Translations under genes and position numbers: made by a program
Part shown: positions 1 to 8,238 of the stretch, piece after piece
Numbering within the stretch: the first letter of the stretch is position 1
How the letters are laid out: each line of letters begins with the position of its first letter
The notes under the pieces: generated by a model
What the model saw: the letters and a program-made list of their open reading frames with translations, nothing else
Databases searched by the model: none
What the model was told of the DNA's origin: nothing
Assembly (NCBI RefSeq): GCF_900105015.1
Contig: NZ_FNLK01000007.1
Span: 3,060-35,059, forward strand
Direction of reading: 5' to 3'
Length of the DNA stretch: 32,000 bases
Origin: Schaalia meyeri
GTDB lineage: Bacteria; Actinomycetota; Actinomycetes; Actinomycetales; Actinomycetaceae

Positions 1-1
1 C

Positions 2-181
2 GAGCGCATCATCGTGCTTGACGAGGGGCGCATCGCGCAAAGCGGCACGCATTCTGAGCTCATGGCGCAAGAGGGGTTATACCGCCGCCTCGTTGAGACG
101 CGCCGAAGCGCCATCGGCTGGAAGATTCCCAGCAAAGCGGACGGAAAGAACGCGCCCTCCAATTTCCAAAGGAGGAAGTGA
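2..181 (+). CDS. ABC transporter ATP-binding protein (exporter type), C-terminal fragment; the 5' end lies outside the window
   Basis: Frame 2 reads ERIIVLDEGRIAQSGTHSELMAQEGLYRRLVETRRS...*, with a TGA stop at 179-181. The motif (I/V)VLDxGxIxExGxHxELxxxxGxYxxL is the typical C-terminal end of the nucleotide-binding domain of MsbA/MdlB-type ABC exporters. Confidence 0.7.
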   Translation, partial: ERIIVLDEGRIAQSGTHSELMAQEGLYRRLVETRRSAIGWKIPSKADGKNAPSNFQRRK

Positions 182-183
182 AC

Positions 184-783
184 GTGGAAGACGGAAAATG
201 GACGATCAAAGACGTCATCTCGACGATGCTCATCTCCATGTTCATGATCGTCATTCACGTCGTGATCACCCTTGTGTGCATGCCCAACAATTTCGTGAGC
301 ATGGTGCTGTCAACAGCGTTCGCCGCGTTCTTTTGCGGAGTGGTGTACATGCTGTTGGCGACGCGCGTGGGCAAACACGGCTGCACCCTCATCTACACCA
401 CATTGCTGGGAATCGTCTACCTGATATCAGGGAACTGGTACCTGACCCCGTGGTTCATCATCGTGGGCCTGATCTGTGAGCTCATCCTGATCAAAAAGGG
501 CTCGTATCACAGCAACAAGAGGGTCATCGCCTCGTGGTCCGTCAACGGGCTCCTGCACCAAGGCACCAACTTCCTGCCCATCCTGTTCTTCTGGGACACG
601 TACTACGCCTTCGCCATGCAATCGGGAATGGAACAGAGCTACGTGGACTCCTACCTGTACTACTACACCACCCCGTCCTGGATCGTGTTCATCACAATCC
701 TTACCCTAGTGCTGGCCTTTCTCGGCGCTCTTGTCGGCGCAAGGCTCATGAACAAGCATTTTGGGAAGGCGGGTGTGCTGTAG
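184..783 (+). CDS. ECF transporter substrate-specific (S) component, MptD / Trep_Strep (TIGR02185-like) family
   Basis: A roughly 200-aa, very hydrophobic multi-TM protein ending in a basic tail (ARLMNKHFGKAGVL), followed directly by the EcfT and EcfA genes. SD GGAGG at 171-175 lies 8 nt before GTG 184. GTG 178 is an alternative start that overlaps the upstream stop. The family assignment is from memory of its length and C-terminal motif, not from a search. Confidence 0.75.
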   Translation: MEDGKWTIKDVISTMLISMFMIVIHVVITLVCMPNNFVSMVLSTAFAAFFCGVVYMLLATRVGKHGCTLIYTTLLGIVYLISGNWYLTPWFIIVGLICELILIKKGSYHSNKRVIASWSVNGLLHQGTNFLPILFFWDTYYAFAMQSGMEQSYVDSYLYYYTTPSWIVFITILTLVLAFLGALVGARLMNKHFGKAGVL

Positions 784-1483
784 GGTGTCGGACGGCCGCT
801 CGTTGAAGGTACCCGTCAAGCTCTGTGCCTTCGCATGCGTGCTGGCCTGCTCGGCGCTGACGACCAACCCGGTCATGCTCGGCTTCCCCACCCTGCTGTC
901 GCTGCTTTGCGTGGCAATGCAGGGCAGGGGACGCTTGGCGCTGTCCTTTGCGGCCACCTATGCCGTGATCGCACTCCTGCTCTGCCTGATCCGATTCCAC
1001 GGCCTGCACATGATCGTGTTCTCGGAATTCCATGTCCTGCTGCTGTGGACCATGTCGCCCGCCATTGTGATGGGATGGGATCTCGTCACCACCCCGCCGG
1101 GTGATCTTTCGGCGTTTCTCTCCAGGCTACGTGCACCCGCGCCCCTCATCCTGGGAGTGCTCGTCGCGTTCCGTTTCTTCCCCACCATGGCGGCCCAGCT
1201 CGCACGCATCGTCCAATCCATGCGCAACCGTGCTCTCACCGCTCCCACGCGCATGATTGCCCACCCCGCCGCGAGCTGCGAGTACATCATCGTGCCCCTC
1301 ATGCTGCGGTGCCTCCAGATAGCCGACCAGCTCACCGTGTCCGCCGTTGCGCGCGGGGCACAAAGAAACGGCATTCGGGGCAGCTATTACGGACGTCCCT
1401 ACCTGGTGAGGGATTGGATCTGGCTCTCCGTTTGGATAACGGGAACCGTGGCCTTTCTTTTCGCGGCGGGAACGAAACCATGA
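761..1483 (+). CDS. ecfT: Energy-coupling factor transporter transmembrane (T) component, EcfT/CbiQ family
   Basis: Polytopic membrane protein with the CbiQ-like segment FRFFPTMAAQLARIVQSMRNRAL and an Ala-Arg-Gly type motif (SAVARGAQ). The start is uncertain: TTG 761, GTG 773 or GTG 785, the last lying just after the S-component stop at 781-783. The TGA stop overlaps the next gene's ATG (ATGA at 1480-1483). Confidence 0.8.
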   Translation: MGRRVCCRVSDGRSLKVPVKLCAFACVLACSALTTNPVMLGFPTLLSLLCVAMQGRGRLALSFAATYAVIALLLCLIRFHGLHMIVFSEFHVLLLWTMSPAIVMGWDLVTTPPGDLSAFLSRLRAPAPLILGVLVAFRFFPTMAAQLARIVQSMRNRALTAPTRMIAHPAASCEYIIVPLMLRCLQIADQLTVSAVARGAQRNGIRGSYYGRPYLVRDWIWLSVWITGTVAFLFAAGTKP

Positions 1484-2910
1484 TTCGCCTCGAACACGTT
1501 TCGTTCCATTACCGGGGCGGCGACTACGGTGTCACCGACATCAACCTGCGTGTGCCCCCGGGCGCGTGCGTGGTGCTGTGCGGAGCATCGGGCTGCGGGA
1601 AAACCACACTGACACGGCTGATCAACGGCCTCGCACCTCGTTTCTACCGGGGGACGCTCGAAGGGGCGGTAAGAGTCGGGGGCAAAGAGGTGCCCCGCAC
1701 CCCCTCGTGGGAGATAACCGCACGCGTGGGCAGCGTATTCCAGGATCCCTCGAGCCAGTTCTTTTCGTCGGAGCTGCCCGGCGAGGTGGCCTTCGCCTGC
1801 GAAAATCTGGGGATGCCCCAGGACGAGGTGCGTCGCCGCACCGATGCCGCAATCGCCACGATGGCGCTCGAGTGCATCCGCGACCACCCGCTCGACTGTC
1901 TCTCGAGCGGCGAAAAGCAGCGGGTTGCCATCGCCTCGGTCTGCGCCCCGGCGCCAAAGACCCTCGTATTCGACGAGCCCACCGCAAACCTCGACGCAGA
2001 AGGCGAGCGCCGACTCGCGCGCATCGTGAGGCGTTTCAAAGACGAAGGGTTCACCCAGATCATCGCCGAGCACCGCCTTGCCTGGCTCGACGGCGTAGCC
2101 GACCTCTATGTCCGACTCGAGAACGGACGTATTCTGGAGGAATTGACGCGGCACACCATGCGTTCGATGAGCGTGCGTGAGCGCCAACGACGCGGCCTGC
2201 GCTCGCCGACGCCCGTTTGCACACCCAAATTGCCCCCTCCCCACGGCATCGCTCCCTCGATCCATACGGTGGAGCTCGCGTGCAAAAGAGGCACACGCAC
2301 CATTTGGGAGGGGCTCAACCTGCGCTTTTTTCCGGGTCGCATAACCGCCATTACCGGGGGTAACGGCGTGGGGAAGACGAGTCTGGGAACAATTTTCGCG
2401 GGGCTTTCGCGCCCGAGCAAAGGGAGCGTCTTCGTGGGAGGAAAGAAGCTGCGCGGCGCGCGGCGACGCAGGTCCGTGTGGTTCTGTTCAAACGACACCG
2501 GCACGCAATTCTTCACGAGCTCGGTGACGGACGAGCTGCTGGTGGATGCGGAGCCGACCGATCAGACCAGGGAACGCACGCGTGCGATGCTCAAGCGACT
2601 GGGGCTCTACGAGTTCAGGGAGGCGCACCCCGCGTCCCTCTCGGGAGGCCAGCGTCAGCGGCTCGCCATCGCCTGCGCCCTGCTCTCAAACCGCAACGTG
2701 CTCATATTCGATGAACCGACGAGCGGGGTGGACGATGCGAACATGACAATCATCGCCCGAGAACTGGCCGCGGCCGCGCGAGAGGAGAAAAGCATCCTGG
2801 TTATCACGCACGACAACGAGTTCATGGCCGCTTGCTGCGATAGTGAATACTGCCTCGACGGTCTCACGACGACACAAAGAGGCCCGCTGCCAACGCCAGA
2901 TGAGCGCTGA
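1480..2910 (+). CDS. Fused tandem ABC ATPase of the ECF transporter (EcfA-EcfA' fusion)
   Basis: There are two complete nucleotide-binding domains. Walker A is GASGCGKTT and GGNGVGKTS, the signature is LSSGEKQR and LSGGQRQR, and Walker B is LVFDEPT and LIFDEPT. The start MIRLEHVSF at ATG 1480 overlaps the EcfT stop. The longer ORF from 1309 would only add an Arg-rich extension overlapping ecfT. Confidence 0.9.
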   Translation: MIRLEHVSFHYRGGDYGVTDINLRVPPGACVVLCGASGCGKTTLTRLINGLAPRFYRGTLEGAVRVGGKEVPRTPSWEITARVGSVFQDPSSQFFSSELPGEVAFACENLGMPQDEVRRRTDAAIATMALECIRDHPLDCLSSGEKQRVAIASVCAPAPKTLVFDEPTANLDAEGERRLARIVRRFKDEGFTQIIAEHRLAWLDGVADLYVRLENGRILEELTRHTMRSMSVRERQRRGLRSPTPVCTPKLPPPHGIAPSIHTVELACKRGTRTIWEGLNLRFFPGRITAITGGNGVGKTSLGTIFAGLSRPSKGSVFVGGKKLRGARRRRSVWFCSNDTGTQFFTSSVTDELLVDAEPTDQTRERTRAMLKRLGLYEFREAHPASLSGGQRQRLAIACALLSNRNVLIFDEPTSGVDDANMTIIARELAAAAREEKSILVITHDNEFMAACCDSEYCLDGLTTTQRGPLPTPDER

Positions 2911-2930
2911 GGGCTCCTCACCCACGGCGC

Positions 2931-2960
2931 CAAGAAAAACCCCCGGCGGGCAAGCCGGGG
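2931..2960 (-). terminator. Rho-independent terminator downstream of tRNA-His
   Basis: The minus strand reads CCCCGGC-TTGCCC-GCCGGGG followed by GTTTTTCTTG. This is a 7-bp GC stem (2941-2947 / 2954-2960), a 6-nt loop and a T tract, lying 4 nt after the tRNA 3' end. Confidence 0.7.
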
Positions 2961-2964
2961 CCAG

Positions 2965-3041
2965 TGGGGTGGCTGACGGGACTCGAACCCGCGACGTCCT
3001 GGACCACAACCAGGTGCTCTACCAACTGAACTACAGCCACC
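2965..3041 (-). tRNA. tRNA-His (anticodon GTG) with encoded G-1 and 3' CCA
   Basis: The reverse complement is GGTGGCTGTAGTTCAGTTGGTAGAGCACCTGGTTGTGGTCCAGGACGTCGCGGGTTCGAGTCCCGTCAGCCACCCCA. I folded the cloverleaf by hand: the anticodon loop is TTGTGGT, the extra 5' G pairs with C73, and the T-loop is TTCGAGT. Confidence 0.95.
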
Positions 3042-3128
3042 ATGGTTGCCCTGAAGGCAACGGATAGAGCTTAGCATTACCCGCGCGAGCTTGAAAACTC
3101 GAGCATAACACCACGGCGGTGGCGTGCG

Positions 3129-4046
3129 TCACCAGTGTGCGCGCGCGGAGATCGCGTCGGCAAAGTTACCCAGCGCATTGGGCGTCGCCCCCAGGTACAG
3201 GTCGGCGTCCACCAGGGATACCTCCATGACCAGGAACGAGCCCCTGCCGTCGGGCACGAGGTCCACTCGGTTGAACAGGAACTGCTCGTCGTGCCCCAGG
3301 CGCGAACGCACGTAGTCGTGCAGGACCCGGCGAATCTCCTGGCCCCACTTCCATGCAACGGAGTCGGCAGGCTCGGCGGTCACCACGGCCTCGTGGACCG
3401 TTGGGTCGGTGATGGACGCGGGATGCAGGGCGGAGCGTTTCTCGACAGCATGAGAGACCAGACCGTTGAAGAAGACAAGCGATATTTCACCGTGCAGATC
3501 GATCTCCTCCACGTAGCGCTGGATCATGACGGAGCGCCCCTCGCCCAACAGCCCCTGGACCTGACGCATCGCCGCCTGACGCTGGCGTATGTCGACGGTC
3601 GTGTAGCGGCCGATGTCGCGCACGCCGGAGGAGACCGCCGGTTTGACGACGAACTCGCCGAAGGCCGGGAAACGGGTGTGAATCTGGTGCTTGGACAGCT
3701 TCTGTTCCGGCTCGAGCCAGCTCGTTAGAATCGTGGGCATCCCCAGGGCGGCCAGATCCTTGAGGTAGTGCTTGTCGCTGTTCCAGTCCAGCACGTCGAC
3801 AGAGTTCTGCACGCGACGCAGCCCTCGGGTCCACTCCAGGAACGCCGCGCGGTCCTGGGCGTAGTCGGACACGGAGCGCACGACGACCATGCCCGCCCGG
3901 GACCAGTCGACGTCGGGATCGTTCCACACCTTGATCTGCGGGTCACAGCCGCGCGCAGCCAACTCGTCGAGGAGGCCTTCCTCGCCGTGGAAGAGGGTGG
4001 GCAGGGACTTGCAGGTAACCAGGGTGACTTTAGGGTGTGTCGACAT
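3129..4046 (-). CDS. ATP-grasp domain protein (RimK / glutathione-synthetase-like ligase), substrate unknown
   Basis: 305 aa. An N-terminal pre-ATP-grasp region (VTLVTCKSLP...VVVRSVSDY) is followed by FVVKPAVSSG (the ATP-grasp lysine strand), VMIQRYVEEI..GEISLVFFNG and NRVDLVPDG..FLVMEVSLVDADL (a Mg/ATP-binding acidic motif). SD GAAGGA lies 5 nt upstream of the ATG. Confidence 0.8.
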   Translation of the reverse strand: MSTHPKVTLVTCKSLPTLFHGEEGLLDELAARGCDPQIKVWNDPDVDWSRAGMVVVRSVSDYAQDRAAFLEWTRGLRRVQNSVDVLDWNSDKHYLKDLAALGMPTILTSWLEPEQKLSKHQIHTRFPAFGEFVVKPAVSSGVRDIGRYTTVDIRQRQAAMRQVQGLLGEGRSVMIQRYVEEIDLHGEISLVFFNGLVSHAVEKRSALHPASITDPTVHEAVVTAEPADSVAWKWGQEIRRVLHDYVRSRLGHDEQFLFNRVDLVPDGRGSFLVMEVSLVDADLYLGATPNALGNFADAISARAHW

Positions 4047-4108
4047 GAATGTCCTTCGGTGTCGTGGGGAGGGAACGCAGGGACGCGGCCTTGGAGCAGT
4101 CGGAAAAC

Positions 4109-5245
4109 CTAACGCAGGCCGAGGGGACGCCCCGAAGCCTCGGTGAGTAGTTCGCTCAGCAGGTCAGAGTAGTTCAGCCCGGCCGCGGCCCACATCTGCC
4201 GATACATCGAGATGGGGGTGAATCCGGGCATCGTGTTGACTTCGTTGATGATCACCGCGTCGGTGGCCTCGTCCAGGAAGAAGTCGACGCGGGCCAGGCC
4301 TTCGCATTCGAGGGCGTCGAACGCACGCCACGCGGTTTCGCGGATACGCTGAGCGTAAGCGGGGCTGACCTCGGCCGGGCAGCACAATCCGACGACGTCG
4401 TCCACGTACTTGTGTTCGTAGTCGTAGAACTCCCCCTCGGGCAGAGCGATCTCGCCCAGCGGCGCGGTGCCGGTACTCCAGTCGGAACGGGAACCGAGGA
4501 CGCCGCATTCGATCTCTCGGCCGCTGATGGAGGCTTCGACGATGACGCGCGGGTCGAGGTTGGCCGCCTCCTTGATGGCGACGGGCAGGTCCTCACGGCA
4601 GGTCACTCGCGAGATCCCGACGGAGGAACCGGCACGGCAGGGCTTCACGAAGACGGGGAAGCCCAGGCGCTCAATGCGCTGCACGCACGCGGCGGGATCC
4701 GCATCCCACTGGCGAGCGGTAACCAGCTCCCACCGGCCGACGTTGATGCCGGCGGCAGCCAGGACGGTCTTCGTCAAGTGCTTGTCCATGGCGATGGCCG
4801 AGGAGGTGACGCCGCATCCGACGTACCGCACGCCGGCCATCTCGAACAGCCCCTGGATGGTGCCGTCCTCACCGTACGGGCCGTGCAGGAGAGGGAAAAC
4901 AATATCGACGTGACCGAGGTCCTCCACGCCCACGACGCGCGAACCGGGGGCGTTAGGATCCCCCTCGTAGGTGAGCTCAACGAGGTTACCCTCTCCCGGG
5001 GTGAGCGCCACGCGGGTCGACCCGGGCGTGACGGACTGGCCCTTCCCGTCCTTGAACGCCAGCGCCGAGGGGTCGTCGGCAACGCGCACCCACTGGCCAT
5101 CCCGCGTGATTCCCAGCGGGATCACGTCCCACTTGGAACGGTCGATGGCGGTCAGGATTCCGGCGGCAGTCGCGCAGGAAACTTCGTGCTCGCAGGAGCG
5201 CCCACCGAAGACGATGAGGACGCGGGGACGAGAAATCGCAGTCAT
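4109..5245 (-). CDS. ddl: D-alanine--D-alanine ligase
   Basis: 378 aa. The N-terminus is RVLIVFGGRSCEHEVSCATA. Other Ddl hallmarks are LHGPYGEDGTIQGLFE, VFVKPCRAGSSVGISRV, EIECGVLG, ARVDFFL and INEVNTMPGFT. Confidence 0.95.
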   Translation of the reverse strand: MTAISRPRVLIVFGGRSCEHEVSCATAAGILTAIDRSKWDVIPLGITRDGQWVRVADDPSALAFKDGKGQSVTPGSTRVALTPGEGNLVELTYEGDPNAPGSRVVGVEDLGHVDIVFPLLHGPYGEDGTIQGLFEMAGVRYVGCGVTSSAIAMDKHLTKTVLAAAGINVGRWELVTARQWDADPAACVQRIERLGFPVFVKPCRAGSSVGISRVTCREDLPVAIKEAANLDPRVIVEASISGREIECGVLGSRSDWSTGTAPLGEIALPEGEFYDYEHKYVDDVVGLCCPAEVSPAYAQRIRETAWRAFDALECEGLARVDFFLDEATDAVIINEVNTMPGFTPISMYRQMWAAAGLNYSDLLSELLTEASGRPLGLR

Positions 5246-5293
5246 AGGTCCAAGACTACCGCCAAAGTCGCCCCTCGCCCCAGCGGGTGACCC

Positions 5294-6313
5294 CTAGACC
5301 AGCTCGATCTTCCACCCGTCCATCTTTTGCGGGCGGGAGAGCAGCATACGGCCCATGTCCTCGATGGTGGCACGTCCCTCGACGACCTCGACGACCGCCC
5401 CAGTGATGGGCATGTCGACGCCGACGGAAGCCGCGACCTGCAGGATCGGACCGGCAGAGGTGACCCCCTCGACGACGCCCGGAGACAGCGCCACGGCCTC
5501 GGCCAGGCTCATGCCGGCGCCGAGGCGATGCCCCAGCGAAAAGTTGCGCGACAGCCGCGAGGAACAGGTGGCCACCAGGTCGCCAATACCCGCCAGCCCC
5601 GCGAAGGTCGCGGCGTCAGCGCCGAGCGCGATACCGAGCCTGGTCATCTCCGCCAGCCCCCGGGTGATCAGCGTCGAGCGAGTGTTAATGCCCAGTCCCA
5701 TCCCCTCGGCGGCGCCGATCGCCACCGCGATCACGTTCTTCGTGGCGCCGGCCATCTCCGTTCCCACGACATCCGCGGACACGTAGGGCCGGAAATAGGA
5801 ATTGTGGCAGGCCCGCGCAATGTCCTTGGCCAGCTCCACGTCGCTGGCGGCAACGACCGTCGCGGTCGGATTCCGGTCCGCGATCTCGCGTGACAGGTTG
5901 GGGCCCGAAAGGACGGCGATGCGCCCCTCGGGCACACCGGAAGCCTCGGCCATGATCTGACCCACCCGCTTGAGGGACCCCAGCTCAAGCCCCTTCGCCA
6001 GGGACAGGAGCGCAACGTCATCGATAAACGCGCCCGTAACCGCCTCCAGCGTGGGGCGGACCGCCTTGACCGGGACGGCGACGACGACGAGCTGGCGACC
6101 CGCCACGGCGCTCGCGATGTCCTCTGTCGCGTCGATACGATCCGACAGGGTAATCCCCGGCAGATACGTCGGATTCTCGTGTCCATTAATGAAGGCGATC
6201 GTGCCGGGGTTTCTGCCCCACATGGTGACCGATACGCCCGCGTCGGCAAGGACCTGAGCGAACGTCGTTCCCCACGCTCCCGTCCCCAGGACCGCTGCTG
6301 TTGAAATATTCAT
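5294..6313 (-). CDS. gpsA: NAD(P)H-dependent glycerol-3-phosphate dehydrogenase
   Basis: The protein has the Rossmann motif AVLGTGAWGTTFAQVLA and GpsA-like motifs (GPNLSREIA, KNVIAVAIGA, GLGINTRSTLITRGLAEM). I chose ATG 6313 because SD GGGAGG lies 5 nt upstream. The track's start at 6334 would place that SD inside the coding sequence. Confidence 0.93.
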   Translation of the reverse strand: MNISTAAVLGTGAWGTTFAQVLADAGVSVTMWGRNPGTIAFINGHENPTYLPGITLSDRIDATEDIASAVAGRQLVVVAVPVKAVRPTLEAVTGAFIDDVALLSLAKGLELGSLKRVGQIMAEASGVPEGRIAVLSGPNLSREIADRNPTATVVAASDVELAKDIARACHNSYFRPYVSADVVGTEMAGATKNVIAVAIGAAEGMGLGINTRSTLITRGLAEMTRLGIALGADAATFAGLAGIGDLVATCSSRLSRNFSLGHRLGAGMSLAEAVALSPGVVEGVTSAGPILQVAASVGVDMPITGAVVEVVEGRATIEDMGRMLLSRPQKMDGWKIELV

Positions 6314-6334
6314 CGAAACCTCCCTGTCAGACAC

Positions 6335-6362
6335 ATTCTACTAGGACGGATACAACCGTCCT
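6335..6362 (-). promoter_or_regulatory. Candidate gpsA -10 element (TAGAAT) abutted by a 7-bp inverted repeat
   Basis: On the minus strand, TAGAAT occupies 6340-6335. Immediately upstream is AGGACGG-N6-CCGTCCT (6343-6349 / 6356-6362). This could be an operator over the -35 region, or a T-tract-less hairpin ending the plsC transcript. Confidence 0.35.
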
Positions 6363-6450
6363 GCCCCGAGCAGGAAAGGGAAGCAGGGCCGCATGCAACC
6401 GCTCACCGACTTCCTGGCCACCAGGGTGCACGAGGCCACAGGCTCTGGCA

Positions 6451-7215
6451 CTATCGCCGTTTCTTGGCTTTTTTCGCCCGCTTGGCTTGTTCCTCTTCCC
6501 ACCACGGGCCGGCCTGGGTGACGGGGTCCCACACCTGCTCAGGGACGGGCAGATCGCGCAGCTGACCCACCCCGGCGCGCACGGCGTCGCTGATGCGCCG
6601 CGTCGCCTCACGCACCGCTTCGCGGTCCTGTGACCCCCGTGGTCCGATCAGATCGGACAGGTCCACCGGCGTCCCGAAGTGATAGGACAGGGCCCGCCCG
6701 GGGCGCATGTCGACCTTCTTGGCGTTGTAGGGGGCCAGGATGTCCTGCGCGCCCCACTGGGACAGGGGGATGACGGGGACGCCCGTGTCCAGAGCCAGGC
6801 GTGCTGCTCCCGACTTGAACTGCATGGGCCATTCGTCGGGGTCACGGGTCAGCGTCCCCTCCGGGTAGATGCCAACGACCTCGCCACCCTCCAAAGCGGC
6901 ACGCGCGGGCGCCAGCACGGCCGCGGGATCCGAGTCGCGGTTCACGGGAATCAGGCCCATGCCCCTGATGATCCAGCCGAAGACCGGCACGGAGAACATC
7001 GATTTTTTTGCCAGAAAGCGCACCGCCGTGTCACGCTTCATGAAGTACCAGCACAGGCACAGCGGGTCGACGCTCGACAGGTGGTTGGATACCAGCAGGA
7101 AGCCCCCGTCGGCGGGCAGGTTTTCTTCACCGGTAGCAGTAATCTTCACCCAGGGCGTCATGAGGGGCGTCAGCACGCCCTTTGCGAAGGCGTAAAAGCC
7201 GGAGACAGGACTCAT
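6451..7215 (-). CDS. plsC: 1-acyl-sn-glycerol-3-phosphate acyltransferase (lysophospholipid acyltransferase family)
   Basis: 254 aa with the acyltransferase HX4D motif (VSNHLSSVD), the FLAKKSMF block, IYPEGTLTRD (the EGTR-type motif) and VPVIPL. Confidence 0.9.
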   Translation of the reverse strand: MSPVSGFYAFAKGVLTPLMTPWVKITATGEENLPADGGFLLVSNHLSSVDPLCLCWYFMKRDTAVRFLAKKSMFSVPVFGWIIRGMGLIPVNRDSDPAAVLAPARAALEGGEVVGIYPEGTLTRDPDEWPMQFKSGAARLALDTGVPVIPLSQWGAQDILAPYNAKKVDMRPGRALSYHFGTPVDLSDLIGPRGSQDREAVREATRRISDAVRAGVGQLRDLPVPEQVWDPVTQAGPWWEEEQAKRAKKAKKRR

Positions 7216-7227
7216 GGGACAATTCTA
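7216..7227 (-). promoter_or_regulatory. Candidate leaderless promoter of plsC (-10 TAGAAT, 6 nt before the ATG)
   Basis: The minus strand reads ...AATAATAATCTCTCG-TAGAAT-TGTCCC-ATG. There is no SD between the -10 box (7227-7222) and ATG 7215. This geometry is typical of actinobacterial leaderless mRNAs. Confidence 0.4.
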
Positions 7228-7271
7228 CGAGAGATTATTATTCCCCCGGGATGCAAAGCACGCGGGCCACC

Positions 7272-8234
7272 TCACACGAGGACCGACACGACGCCGGGGG
7301 CGACATCCACGGTGAATGGAACCGACGCGATCCGGTCCCCGTCCGCCATCGCGACAACGCCCTCGGGGGCGGTAAAGGACACGGCCTTGGCGCTCTCGAT
7401 GTCGATCGCCGGGTGAGCTTTCGCTCGCCCCGCAACGATGCTAGCCAGAACGACGAGCGCACGGGAGAGAGGAAGGGGTCCCACGTGGCAGACCTCGAGG
7501 ATTCCGTCGCTCATGTCGGAGGAATCAACCAGGGTGATGCCGCCGCCGAAGCGACCCGAGTTCGACACGGACGCGATCCACCCGCTCATGTTACGTTCGC
7601 GCCCATCGACGGTAGCGCTCACGCCGGTGGGTTCGTGCGAGGCCAGGGCCGCGAACGCCCCATACCCGTAGGCCAGGGGGCCCGACGTCAGCGACGATTC
7701 GTTCGCCAGGATATTCGCGCGCGCGTCCAGGCCGATCGAGACGATGCCCAGCGCGAGGCGAAGGCCCTCGCGCGAACGCACCCACATTCCATCCAGGGGG
7801 CGCACCCGAGCATCGAGCGCGCCCGGGCCGATCGATCCCACGATGTCCCCGCCTGCGCGCCGCGCGGGCACCATACCCAGCCGAGCCAGGTTACGGGCTC
7901 GGGCCAGCGGATCCGTGCCAATGCCCAGCGCCCGACACAGATCGTTGCCGCGGCCGCCAGGCATGGGAGCGAAGCGGGCGCCCGACTCGTGGCAGCCGCG
8001 GGCGACGGCGCTCAGATACCCGTCGCCGCCGAGGGCCGCGACGACTGTGCCGGGAGAAACGTGGGCTGCGATCAACGCCGGGTCGTCGCCCGGCGTGGTC
8101 AGCCGAACCGCGACCTCCCAGCCGCCGCCGCGCAGGATGCGCACGATGCGCGGACCCAGGCGAACGCTGCGCCCGCCCGCCGACATTGACGAAACCAGCA
8201 CAAAGATGCTGCGCCGCTCCCCTCGCCCGCCCAC
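7272..8234 (-). CDS. Diacylglycerol kinase-family lipid kinase (YegS/BmrU/Rv2252-like)
   Basis: The DAGK catalytic-domain glycine motif VVAALGGDGYLSAV is present, along with the N-terminal strand SIFVLVSSMSAGG. The start is uncertain. GTG 8234 lies 4 nt after the murA stop, whereas ATG 8264 would overlap murA by 26 nt. Confidence 0.8.
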   Translation of the reverse strand: MGGRGERRSIFVLVSSMSAGGRSVRLGPRIVRILRGGGWEVAVRLTTPGDDPALIAAHVSPGTVVAALGGDGYLSAVARGCHESGARFAPMPGGRGNDLCRALGIGTDPLARARNLARLGMVPARRAGGDIVGSIGPGALDARVRPLDGMWVRSREGLRLALGIVSIGLDARANILANESSLTSGPLAYGYGAFAALASHEPTGVSATVDGRERNMSGWIASVSNSGRFGGGITLVDSSDMSDGILEVCHVGPLPLSRALVVLASIVAGRAKAHPAIDIESAKAVSFTAPEGVVAMADGDRIASVPFTVDVAPGVVSVLV

Positions 8235-8238
8235 GATC

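Noticed and set aside
1309-1479. The N-terminal extension of the ECF ATPase ORF.
   Set aside because: It overlaps ecfT out of frame. The canonical ABC N-terminus (MIRLEHVSF) starts at ATG 1480, which forms an ATGA overlap with the ecfT stop.
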